Origin: Thermodesulfobacteriota bacterium
GTDB taxonomy: Bacteria > Desulfobacterota > Desulfarculia > JACQYL01
Reading direction: 5' to 3'
Assembly (NCBI GenBank): GCA_963675595.2
Contig: CAXXLZ010000001.1
Span: forward strand, 192,001-256,000
Length of the DNA stretch: 64,000 bases
Part shown: positions 17,014-25,964 of the stretch, in pieces
Numbering within the stretch: position 1 is the first letter of the stretch
Layout: every line of letters starts with the position of its first letter
Notes under the pieces: generated by a model
Seen by the model: only the letters and a program-made list of their open reading frames with translations
Database searches by the model: none
What the model was told of the DNA's origin: nothing
Position numbers and translations under genes: made by a program

Positions 17014-19149
17014 CTACAAAGCTATCCTCAAACCGCCCACGAAAGTAGCGCCGGGCTGCGGATAACCCTCACGTTCCTGGTAGTCTTGGTCGGTGATGTT
17101 CTCTGCGGAGAAGAACGCCTCCCAGCTGCTCCAACGGTTCTCGAAGAATCGATAACGAGCGTTGAAGTTGAGCAACAAATAGGAGTCGAGTTCCATCAAG
17201 TCCGCGCCGGAGAAGTGCTCCCGTGAGTCCACGTAATTGGCGAAAAGCTCGGCCGAGAACTTGTTCTCAAATGCGTATTCGATCCCGATGTTGAACATCT
17301 TCTCGGGGAGGTCCGGTAGTTCGGAAGTCGTTTCGTTACCCGAATCCCAAGGATCGTCGTCCTTGTCGCTGTCCTGATAGGTGAAATTGGCCCAGGCGGA
17401 AAAGCCGTACGGCAGCTTGGCGCCGACTTCCAATTCCACGCCTTGCACGGTCACGTCCCCGATGTTGTAGACGACCTGACCGGTTCCGGGTACGGTCACG
17501 GAGGCTATGTAGTCGTTGATGTCATAGAAATAGTAGCGCAACCTTGTGGTGAGGCTGTCGAAGAAGACTTGTTCCACGCCCAATTCATACTGAAAGGCTT
17601 TTTCAACGGAAAGGTCTGTGTTGAAGAAGTCGGTGCTCCGATTCAGGTACCACCAGAAGTATTCGGGCGAGTTTGGATAGCGGTGTACGATCCCGAAGCG
17701 ACCGTTGACCGAACCGCCGTCCCAAGGACGAAACACGATTCCGATCCGTGGGTCCGCATTGAATTCATCCAGGTCGCTCGGCTGGGCTCCTGCCGGATAA
17801 CCGAAGGCGTCGGGATCAATCTCACAGGCCTTGAACCATTCGGCGCGCACGCCGGCTTCCAGGTCCAGACGGGAATGAATGCGCCACCTGTCCTGTAGGT
17901 AGGCCGCATTGTATTCCAGACACTTGGGCTGGCCTTTGAAGCCTTCCTTGATAAACGCGAAATAGGGGCTGTTGATGGAGGCATTGAAGGCGCTCGCGTC
18001 GATGAAGTCGACCACCTGATCGCCCCAACCGTAACGCCGAATCTCGAACCCCGCTCCAACGGTGTGGTCGCCCAGGAAGAGTTCGGAATCTCCGACGATC
18101 TCCCAGTTCGCGTCTTCCCCTTCGGTTTCGCGTTGGTATATGAGTCTGCCGTCATCCGACGCATAAAAGGATTCGTCCTGATCATGGTTCCACTGCAGAT
18201 AGGAAACGCGCGCATAACCCAATTCAAAATATTTCGCCAGGTACACGTCGAAGAAGTTGTTCTTGTCATGCGCCTCCGTACCGTCTCCCCAGCCGTAGTC
18301 GCCCTCGATGAGTCGGGCGCCCACACCCGGTCCGCCCAATTCACGGGAAACGCTTGTGGGGTCGTCGGAGTCGAAATAGGGGCTGTCGGACATGTTGTAG
18401 GCGGGCATTCCGGTCTTTGCATCGGAGTAGAGACCTCCCGCGCCCAGTTCGAAGTTGAAGGGCAGGTCCAGAGTGAGCTTGCCGAAGAACTGGTTGCGTT
18501 CGAAGTCGTTGTTTCGCAAATACCCGTCGGTTTCGTAGTGGTTGGCGCTCAGTACCCAGCCCACCGGTCCCACCTTCCAAAGATGAGAGAAACGGGTGTC
18601 CCAAGTATCGAAACTGCCGTATGAAGTCCTGATGACGGTATTGGGTTTTTCGACCGGCCGTTTGGTGACGATATTGATGGTTCCGCCCAATGTGTCGCCG
18701 TATCGAGCAGGTCCGGCGCCGCGAATGATCTCGATCCGCTCGACGTACTCCGACGTCAAGACGGACCAGTCCACAGGGCCGGAACCGTAAGAGCCGTCGC
18801 GTTTGAAAGGCAGGCCGTCGACCAGCACGCGGAAGCGGGTTTCATCGAAACCGCGGAGTCTGACCTTTCGGCTGTCCGCTCCGGCGAAAGAACCGCTCCT
18901 GAACTGGATTCCCGCCTGATTACGGAGCGCCTGGACCACGGAGTCCATGATGTCGGCCCGCTCCAGCTCATTTTCCTGGATGACGTTGTCGACATAAACG
19001 GGAATGGCGCCTTCGGCTTTCTTCGCCCAAACGGTCACTTCATCCAATTTGACCGGCGACTCCGACACCGTCTCCGCAGCAGACCGGTTCGCCCAAAGTA
19101 AGCACAGCAGCAATGCCGCCGAGAATGAAATTCGGACCCAGGTTCTCAT
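17014..19149 (-). CDS. TonB-dependent outer-membrane receptor
   Basis: TonB box LDEVTVWA; plug LRGF...VLVDG...VERIEIIRG...GGTINIVTK; C-terminal ENITDQDY...GYPQPG; GGAGG RBS before ATG 19149. Confidence 0.95.
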   Translation of the reverse strand: MRTWVRISFSAALLLCLLWANRSAAETVSESPVKLDEVTVWAKKAEGAIPVYVDNVIQENELERADIMDSVVQALRNQAGIQFRSGSFAGADSRKVRLRGFDETRFRVLVDGLPFKRDGSYGSGPVDWSVLTSEYVERIEIIRGAGPARYGDTLGGTINIVTKRPVEKPNTVIRTSYGSFDTWDTRFSHLWKVGPVGWVLSANHYETDGYLRNNDFERNQFFGKLTLDLPFNFELGAGGLYSDAKTGMPAYNMSDSPYFDSDDPTSVSRELGGPGVGARLIEGDYGWGDGTEAHDKNNFFDVYLAKYFELGYARVSYLQWNHDQDESFYASDDGRLIYQRETEGEDANWEIVGDSELFLGDHTVGAGFEIRRYGWGDQVVDFIDASAFNASINSPYFAFIKEGFKGQPKCLEYNAAYLQDRWRIHSRLDLEAGVRAEWFKACEIDPDAFGYPAGAQPSDLDEFNADPRIGIVFRPWDGGSVNGRFGIVHRYPNSPEYFWWYLNRSTDFFNTDLSVEKAFQYELGVEQVFFDSLTTRLRYYFYDINDYIASVTVPGTGQVVYNIGDVTVQGVELEVGAKLPYGFSAWANFTYQDSDKDDDPWDSGNETTSELPDLPEKMFNIGIEYAFENKFSAELFANYVDSREHFSGADLMELDSYLLLNFNARYRFFENRWSSWEAFFSAENITDQDYQEREGYPQPGATFVGGLRIAL

Positions 19150-19210
19150 TTGCTCAATCCTCCATGAACGTGATTTCCGCCTCTCGTGAGGCTTCCGGCG
19201 TTTGCCTTTC

Positions 19211-19260
19211 AAAAAAAAGACCACGAAAGACCGACTCAGGGGAGCCGGACCTTCATGGTC
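19211..19260 (-). terminator. Intrinsic terminator/attenuator between the XRE regulator and the TonB receptor
   Basis: GACCATGAAGGTCCGGCTC-CCCT-GAGTCGGTCTTTCGTGGTC followed by T8. Confidence 0.75.
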
Positions 19261-19288
19261 CGTAATGCCATCCTTATGTTGTGGCGCT

Positions 19289-19834
19289 TCAGATCAGATT
19301 GTAGTGAACCAGAAACAACTCGGCGTCTTCGAGCACATCCATACGGTGCTCGTGCAATGCCTTGAAACGGAGCGAATCGCCCGCTTGCAGTTCATGGGAC
19401 CGTCCTCCCACTTCGATCCGTACAAGACCTTTTGAAACGAAACACACTTCCCAAGTGTTTTCATGCAGGTCAGGATCGAAACAGGTCTGGACGCCCGCAC
19501 GCACACATAGATGATACAGCTCGAGGTCGGCATACCTGACTCGAGTACCCTGATAGCCTTCGCGATCAAAAGTTTCGCATCGACCGGTTTCAGCGGTTCT
19601 GGATTCGGCCAGTCCCACCAGTTCGCTGGGAGAAACGTGCAGGACCCTCGCAAGCGCCTCGATGGTCTGCAAAGTGGGGTTCCCCGCATCGGCTTCGATT
19701 TTCAGAACCGTTCCGCGGGTCAAACCGGCCTTCTCGGCCAGTTCATCCGCGCTCAGCCCCCACTTTCTGCGGAGGTTTTTGACGACGCTCAGGTCGCAGG
19801 CCTTGGAATCTTTCCGAGTTCGCTGATCATCCAT
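19289..19834 (-). CDS. XRE-family HTH regulator with C-terminal cupin domain
   Basis: LRRKWGLSADELAEKAGLTRGTVLKIE...NPTLQTIEALA; cupin LHENTWE...GDSLRFKALHEH. Confidence 0.9.
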   Translation of the reverse strand: MDDQRTRKDSKACDLSVVKNLRRKWGLSADELAEKAGLTRGTVLKIEADAGNPTLQTIEALARVLHVSPSELVGLAESRTAETGRCETFDREGYQGTRVRYADLELYHLCVRAGVQTCFDPDLHENTWEVCFVSKGLVRIEVGGRSHELQAGDSLRFKALHEHRMDVLEDAELFLVHYNLI

Positions 19835-19932
19835 TAAAGTACGCCTTAGATATATTAAAATATACTATCCGGTCAATGAAAATTTACACTGCGTTCCCGG
19901 CTCAAGGAATCGGCTTGCCGGCGTAGGCGTAA

Positions 19933-20081
19933 CGGGCCGTTGAAAAAAGCGATCCGCGGCGTTGCGCTTCCTTCCTCGTCACTGCGGCGTACTCTATGTA
20001 CGGCTCCTTCCTCGGGACTTGCGCGCCTTGCATCTCATCGTTTTTCGGCGCCTGCGGCAACCGGCCTTTTCCAACGGGCTG
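19933..20081. repeat. MITE/REP-like element copy B
   Basis: CGGGCCGTTGAAAAAAGCGATCCGCGGCGTT...GCGCGCCTTGCATCTCATCGTTTTTC...TTTTCCAACGGGCTG. Confidence 0.85.
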
Positions 20082-20253
20082 GTAAGGATAGGTCATAAGA
20101 GGGCGGCTCGACCGGTTCAGGACTTTCGGTACCCTTCCGTCCGGGAAGCGGTTTTCCGGTTCCTCGCCATCGCCGCCGATGATCAACATTTGATATCCGT
20201 ATGTCGGAGAATGGGGCCGTCCGAACGAAACGGAAGCGGCCCCGGATTGCTCG

Positions 20254-20406
20254 GCAGGCCGTTGAAAAAAAGCGATCTGCGGCGTTACGTTTCATCCCTC
20301 GTCACTGCAACGTACTTCTATGTACGCCTCGTTCCTCAGGATTTGCGCGCCTTGCATCTCATCATTTTTCAACAGCCTGCCATAACCCGTCTTTTTCAAC
20401 GGGCTG
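20254..20406. repeat. MITE/REP-like element copy C
   Basis: GCAGGCCGTTGAAAAAAAGCGATCTGCGGCGTT...TTTTTCAACAGCCTGC...TTTTTCAACGGGCTG; abuts the oxidoreductase stop codon. Confidence 0.85.
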
Positions 20407-22659
20407 TCAGCCAAGCTCGGGAGCGGCGGGTTCCAAACGACAGGGCACGTACCGGTGCAACGGCGTTCCAATGGGATCCCGGTGCGTGCTCTTGGTCAAT
20501 CGGTTCACGTTGATGCCGAAGACCTTGCCGTCGTAATCCAGGCCGAAGCCGTGGGGAATGAGCACCGTCCCTTGTCTCACTTGGCGGGTGGTCTGGAGTT
20601 CCCCTGTTTCGCTGCCCGCTTCGGTGGTCACGACCACCTTCAGACCGTCTTTCAGCCCCAATGCCTCGGCGTCGTCGGGGTTGACGGCCACGGTACAAGC
20701 CCGCTTTCCTTCGTTCCATGCCGGATTGCGCATCAACGTGTTGGCGTTGTAGTCCATGTGCCGCCCGGCGTGGAGAATGAGCGGGAATTCGGCGGGCATC
20801 TTCAGTTCCCGAGACTCGCGTTCGGGGTTCAGATTCCGTGCCTGCTCTTCCAGTTCCGGGATGTGAACCTCGATCTTGCCGGAGGGGGTTTTGACGTTGG
20901 ACAGATTGTTTTCCGTGTCTGTTTTGCCGATCCAAAGTCCCTGCGGGGTATCCAGGAGGGCCTGGAATATACGGTCCCCCTGGTCCGGACCCGGTTCGAA
21001 TCCAGCCCTCGCCGCGTTCTCCCGGAAGGACGCAGGGGCGGTCATAAGCAAGCCCCAGAGCGCAGCCAAGTGGGCGCTTCCCCAGGCATGCCCAAGGGTC
21101 TTTGCAAGCACGAAAGGCATGGCTGCTTTTGCCTTGGCTTCTTCCGCCGCCCAACGCATCAGGCGGCTTCCGAACACCGGCCGCGGACCTTGCGCGGCTT
21201 GGATCAGGTCTTGAGGGATGTCCGGCACCAGCCCCAGCCTGTCCGCCAATCGCGTGTAGATCTCACCGGCTTCCAGGCAATCTCCCGGCGTGGGCACGAG
21301 AGGGCGCCGCATCTGGAAAAAGACCTCCGGATAGGTCCAGGGGAAGAAGGTGCCGTCCCAGGATTCGTAAAAAGACCGGCAGGGCAGAACGTAATGAGCC
21401 TCACGCGCGGTCTCGGTCATCACGATCTCGTTGACCACCAACAGGTCGAGACGAGCGAAAGCCTTCTCGTAAGCCTTTGTGTCGGCATAGGCTCTCAACG
21501 GATTGCAGGCGCTGACCACCACTCCGCGGAGACGCTCCTCGTGATCGCTCAGGATTTCCTCGGGCATGACGTTGGGAGGAAAGGAACCCGCGGCGGCGGG
21601 AGGCAGGTTCGTAACCCGAGTCCGCCACGTTTTGGGGTCGCGTTCGTCGCTGTGAAACCCCATGGGCATGAACATTCCGGGTATCACGTTACCGCCGCGA
21701 ACGCCGAAGATGCCGCAGACCGCTCCAAGGAGGTGCAGAAAGTAGGAATTCAGGGTGCTGTGACGGCCCATGTAAATCCCCAGGTCCGGATGCACGCACC
21801 ATCGTTTGGTGGTCAGGAGGCGACAAAGTTCGCGGACCTGTTCGTACGATAATTCGCACACGTCCAATGCGCCGCGCACGTCGAAGTTCTCAAACCATGG
21901 ACGGACCAGGGACCAGCCGTCGACATTCTTATCCAGATACTCGCGGGCTTCCCATCTTTCTTCGAGGATGACCGTAATCATCGCCTTCATAAGTAAGGCG
22001 TCGGTGCCGGGCCGGACGGCCAGGTGGAGGTCCGCCGCCGCCGCGGTTTCACTCTTTCTTGGATCAATCACCACAAGGAGGCGATCCGGGTCCGCACTGA
22101 ATTCCTTGAGCACTTTTCTGGCCCGAGGCATCTGGTGGCTCATCATTCCGTTCCAGCCCCAGGCGACCAGCATTTGCGAGGCATGCTCATCCGGCATGGC
22201 CACGTTGTACTGCTTCCCAAACAGGCGGCCGGTGACCCACCAATGCCCGCTGAACTCTTGCCCGGCCGAGGAATAGTAATACTGAGAGCCCAACCCCCTC
22301 AACAGCCGTAACCCGAAGGCCGCTTCGAAATTTCCCCCTTGAGCGCCGCCTCCCATATAGGCCAGACTTCGAGGACCATGCCGTCGGGCCAATTCCCCCA
22401 GCTTTTCCGCGATCTCATCAAGGGCGTGGTCCCAAGGGATGGGCTCGAATGCGTTTCCCACTCGCTTGAGAGGCGTAGTGAGGCGTTCTTTGGGATATTG
22501 ATGGTAGAGGACGTTGAGGCCCTTGCGACATACGTAGCCTTGGCTGCGAGGATTTTCCTTATCGGGTCGGACCTTGACCATCCGACCGTTTTCCACCAGG
22601 GCTTCCAGACCACAGTTCTGGGCGCACAACACACAAGCGGTTTTGTGCCACGAGTTCAT
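20407..22659 (-). CDS. Molybdopterin-dependent oxidoreductase (DMSO reductase superfamily), cytoplasmic
   Basis: N-terminal CVLCAQNCG...C [4Fe-4S] motif; VIDPRKSETA; PGTDA; TETAREAHYVLP; C-terminal molydop-binding domain; no Tat signal. Confidence 0.92.
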   Translation of the reverse strand: MNSWHKTACVLCAQNCGLEALVENGRMVKVRPDKENPRSQGYVCRKGLNVLYHQYPKERLTTPLKRVGNAFEPIPWDHALDEIAEKLGELARRHGPRSLAYMGGGAQGGNFEAAFGLRLLRGLGSQYYYSSAGQEFSGHWWVTGRLFGKQYNVAMPDEHASQMLVAWGWNGMMSHQMPRARKVLKEFSADPDRLLVVIDPRKSETAAAADLHLAVRPGTDALLMKAMITVILEERWEAREYLDKNVDGWSLVRPWFENFDVRGALDVCELSYEQVRELCRLLTTKRWCVHPDLGIYMGRHSTLNSYFLHLLGAVCGIFGVRGGNVIPGMFMPMGFHSDERDPKTWRTRVTNLPPAAAGSFPPNVMPEEILSDHEERLRGVVVSACNPLRAYADTKAYEKAFARLDLLVVNEIVMTETAREAHYVLPCRSFYESWDGTFFPWTYPEVFFQMRRPLVPTPGDCLEAGEIYTRLADRLGLVPDIPQDLIQAAQGPRPVFGSRLMRWAAEEAKAKAAMPFVLAKTLGHAWGSAHLAALWGLLMTAPASFRENAARAGFEPGPDQGDRIFQALLDTPQGLWIGKTDTENNLSNVKTPSGKIEVHIPELEEQARNLNPERESRELKMPAEFPLILHAGRHMDYNANTLMRNPAWNEGKRACTVAVNPDDAEALGLKDGLKVVVTTEAGSETGELQTTRQVRQGTVLIPHGFGLDYDGKVFGINVNRLTKSTHRDPIGTPLHRYVPCRLEPAAPELG

Positions 22660-22721
22660 GGGTTCTCCTTTGGAGGGCGGCCCCACAGGCTCTCTTCGGA
22701 GACCGCCGCTCCGGCTGTCGG

Positions 22722-24728
22722 CTAAACGATCCTTCTCCCTGCGGCAAAGCCTTGATGCACGGCGTCGAAAGCCAGACCGATGCGAACTGCGTCGCCGGCC
22801 GCCAAGCAGGCAATGCCCTTCTGCTCGAGGGAGGCCTGAAGAGGATTAAAGGAAGTGGCCCCCGTTGCCAGCACCACGGTGTCGCACGGTAGGAACGACT
22901 CCTTCCCGTTCTCGTCCACCTTTACCCCTTCGGAGGTAATCTCCAGGGCCTTGGTACGTTTCTTCAGAGCAACACCTTGACGCTCCAGGTCCTGCATCAT
23001 GGTCCATCGGGTGGTCAGGCCAATGTCTTTTCCGATGACGTCTTCCATTTCAATCACCGTGACCTGTTTCGATCCATGGGTGGCCCATTCGTAGAGGGTT
23101 TTCGGATCCTCGGCCTGGTTGACCAGCAGGAATTTCAGCCCCTCTCCGGAAAGAGTGCCTTTGTCCGCCAAGTACAGAGCGGTCTCCACACCCACCGCTC
23201 CACCGCCGATGACCACCACGCTCCCGCCGGTGAGCACGTTGTCGGCCAATACGTCCCAAGCCTGAACCACATGAGGCGAATCGACACCGGGAATGGGAGG
23301 CGTCAGAGGGGTGGCTCCGGTAGCCAGGACCACGGCATCCGGATTTTCTTGTTCCACCAATGAGATATCCACTTCTTTGTCGGTCACGACCCGGATACCG
23401 GCGGCAACGACCCGGCGGGCCAAATCCTCGGCCAGCTCTTTGAATTCCTCCCTTCCCGGAGGAGCACCGGCAAGCAGAAGTTGGCCTCCCAGGCAACCGC
23501 TCTTTTCGTACAATGTTACGCTGTGTCCGCACCCGACGGCGGCCAGCGCCGCGTTCATACCGGCGGGCCCGCCCCCCACCACCATGATGCGACGGGGATC
23601 GGAACTCGCGGACAGGGCGCACTCCTTCTCATGGCCGGCCTGAGGGTTGCAGAGGCATTCCACCGGCTTTTCCCTGAAGATGTGATCAAAACAACCTTGT
23701 CCGCAGGCTACGCAATGGATGATTTCCGATTCCCGGCCGTTCTTGGCCTTTTCAGGCAATCGGGGATCGGCGAGAAGAGCTCTGCCCATGGCCGCCATGT
23801 CGCACATGCCGTCGGCGATGAGCTCCCGAGCGATGGTGGGATCACTGATGCGGTGACCGGAGATGACCGGTATTCCGACCCGCTCTTTGATGCCCCGGGC
23901 CAGATAGGCGAAGACGCCTCGGGGCACGGAAGCCACAATCTGAGGCACTCGCGCTTCGTGCCATCCCACATTGATGTTGAGAGCATCTACACCGGCTTCC
24001 TCCAATGCCCGTGCGTACGTTTGCAGTTCTTCCCGACCGTTGCCGCCGGGCATGAAATCATTACCGTTCATCCGCACCAGAAGAGGAAATTCGTTTCCCA
24101 CCTGTTTGCGGATCGCCCGGACCACATCCAAGCCGAAGCGCATGCGGTTTTCCAAGGAACCGCCATAGTCGTCCGTCCGTTGATTGGTCAAGGGGGACAA
24201 GAATTCGCTGATCAGATATCCGGTGCCGCTCAGCACCTCGACGCCGTCGAAACCGGCTTCCTGAATACGCCGGGCCGCGGCGACGAACGAGCTTACCACC
24301 TGTCCGATTTCATCGAGTGTCAGTTCCCGGGGCGTTTCGCGAGTGAGACGGGAAGGCAAAGGGGAGGGGGCCACCGGCTGTTGTTTGCCGATCTGACGCG
24401 AAAGAGCGTATCGGCCTGCGTGGTTGAGCTGCACCATACACCGGGCCCCATGGTCTTTGACGGCGTCGGCCAGCCGTCGCAACCCCGGAACGAATCGGTC
24501 GTCATGGGCGCCGATGCCGGAGGGACCGCCGGAGCGTTCGTCCACCGTGGCAAAGCCAACGATGATCAAGCCCGCTCCGCCCTTGGCCCTTTCCGCATAG
24601 AAGTCGATCAGACGGTCGGTTACCTCGTAATCCCGGCACATGACCATGTACATGGCCGGCATGACGATGCGGTTCGAGATGGTCATCCCATTGATCTGGA
24701 TGGGCTGAAACAACGGATCATTCTTCAT
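22722..24728 (-). CDS. NADH:flavin oxidoreductase / 2,4-dienoyl-CoA reductase (FadH-like)
   Basis: OYE barrel (NRIVMPAM, QLNHAGR, RTDDYGGSLENRMRF), CVACGQGC Fe-S motif, two GxGxxG Rossmann motifs. Confidence 0.92.
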   Translation of the reverse strand: MKNDPLFQPIQINGMTISNRIVMPAMYMVMCRDYEVTDRLIDFYAERAKGGAGLIIVGFATVDERSGGPSGIGAHDDRFVPGLRRLADAVKDHGARCMVQLNHAGRYALSRQIGKQQPVAPSPLPSRLTRETPRELTLDEIGQVVSSFVAAARRIQEAGFDGVEVLSGTGYLISEFLSPLTNQRTDDYGGSLENRMRFGLDVVRAIRKQVGNEFPLLVRMNGNDFMPGGNGREELQTYARALEEAGVDALNINVGWHEARVPQIVASVPRGVFAYLARGIKERVGIPVISGHRISDPTIARELIADGMCDMAAMGRALLADPRLPEKAKNGRESEIIHCVACGQGCFDHIFREKPVECLCNPQAGHEKECALSASSDPRRIMVVGGGPAGMNAALAAVGCGHSVTLYEKSGCLGGQLLLAGAPPGREEFKELAEDLARRVVAAGIRVVTDKEVDISLVEQENPDAVVLATGATPLTPPIPGVDSPHVVQAWDVLADNVLTGGSVVVIGGGAVGVETALYLADKGTLSGEGLKFLLVNQAEDPKTLYEWATHGSKQVTVIEMEDVIGKDIGLTTRWTMMQDLERQGVALKKRTKALEITSEGVKVDENGKESFLPCDTVVLATGATSFNPLQASLEQKGIACLAAGDAVRIGLAFDAVHQGFAAGRRIV

Positions 24729-24785
24729 GAGACCTCCTTGGTGATGGGAGATGACTTGCATACGAACTATTTGCTCAAAAAAAGA

Positions 24786-25205
24786 TCACTCTTTCAGGTC
24801 CCGCAGGAACCGCTTCAGCAGGAGCTTTTCTTCCAGGCCCAGGCCGCCCAGGATTTCTGCGTTGGTCCGCTCTCCTTCTTCCACGAGCACGCCGTGAATC
24901 TCTTTGGCCTTGTCCGCCAAGTAAATCCTGACGAACCTCTTGTCCGCGTCGTCGGTTTCTTTTACAATCCATCCCTTTTCAGTCATTCGCTCCAAGATAC
25001 CCGACAACGTGGCGCTGTCCAGCATCAACTGCTTGCCGATATCTCCCGCGGACTGTCCTTCCTCTTCCCAAAGCGCTTCCAGGACCAGATATTGAGCGGG
25101 CGTCAAACCGTACTCGAGAAGTCGTTTCTTCAGCAGCCCATGGGCCCGCTGGTAGGCTTTGGCCAACAAAAAGATGATGCAGTCCTCGTATTGCTTCATA
25201 GCCAT
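24786..25205 (-). CDS. MarR-family transcriptional regulator
   Basis: GLTPAQYLVL...LDSATLSGILERMTEKGWIV...DKRFVRIYL. Confidence 0.93.
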   Translation of the reverse strand: MAMKQYEDCIIFLLAKAYQRAHGLLKKRLLEYGLTPAQYLVLEALWEEEGQSAGDIGKQLMLDSATLSGILERMTEKGWIVKETDDADKRFVRIYLADKAKEIHGVLVEEGERTNAEILGGLGLEEKLLLKRFLRDLKE

Positions 25206-25538
25206 GGGATAACCCTTTCGTACACAAGAGACTATACTCGACCCATAAACCCGTCAAGCAAAAATGAAGCGCTGTTCGTAGGAATCCAGGCGGTCGGTCT
25301 TGCCTTCACAAGCCGAAGGTCCCGTTCAACGCATGGGATCCGGGATGACCATTCTCAGCGCAGGGTGATGAAGGAGGGGCATTGTTGTGCGGGCGTCGGA
25401 AGACGGTTTGGAGATTCCTCTTCGCGCTTCCGGGATTTTTCGGCTTCCACTCGTGCGCGAAAAGCGTCTCTCTCATTCTCAGAGTCCACAGGTGCTTGAG
25501 AACATTAGGCCTTTTGTGATTCCGCTCTTCATTTGGCG

Positions 25539-25568
25539 TTGACAATCTTTCAGGCTCCACACTAAAAT
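25539..25568 (+). promoter_or_regulatory. sigma70-like promoter
   Basis: TTGACA-N18-TAAAAT, ~400 nt upstream of the kinase gene. Confidence 0.5.
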
Positions 25569-25964
25569 CCCGCAAAAATGGATCGCCGTCCGCAGGCGGG
25601 CAGGTGGATGCGAGTTTTGAAAGTGTGAGGCGTACGCTGCGAACCGGCCGAAACCCGGCTGTACCGCCGGATGAAACCGGAGATCGGTCCAAACGTAAAA
25701 GGAGAGGTTTTCCCGTATTACGACGCCTGAAATTGCCGATCATTCCCGACGATATTTTTTCTCTCCTGTCCGCCAAGCAAGACCGGATCGTTCCGGAACT
25801 CGGTCTGAACGAGTCCCGGGATATTCGGCGCCAACGACAACTCAAACCACTTTTTTCTGCGGACGACTTCTCTCGGCCGAATGCGGCTGAACCTGACCGG
25901 AGCGGTGGCGCCCTCCTTCCTCATGCCGAATGATTCATCGGTGCCGGCGTTTGCGTAGAAGTCT

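Noticed and set aside
20407-22659. Possible selenocysteine recoding in the molybdoenzyme
   Set aside because: The ORF is continuous with no in-frame TGA.
23481-25499. Long plus-strand ORFs (672 aa here; also 3918..5159, 20455..21852, 46633..47994)
   Set aside because: Antisense shadows of well-supported minus-strand genes in high-GC DNA.
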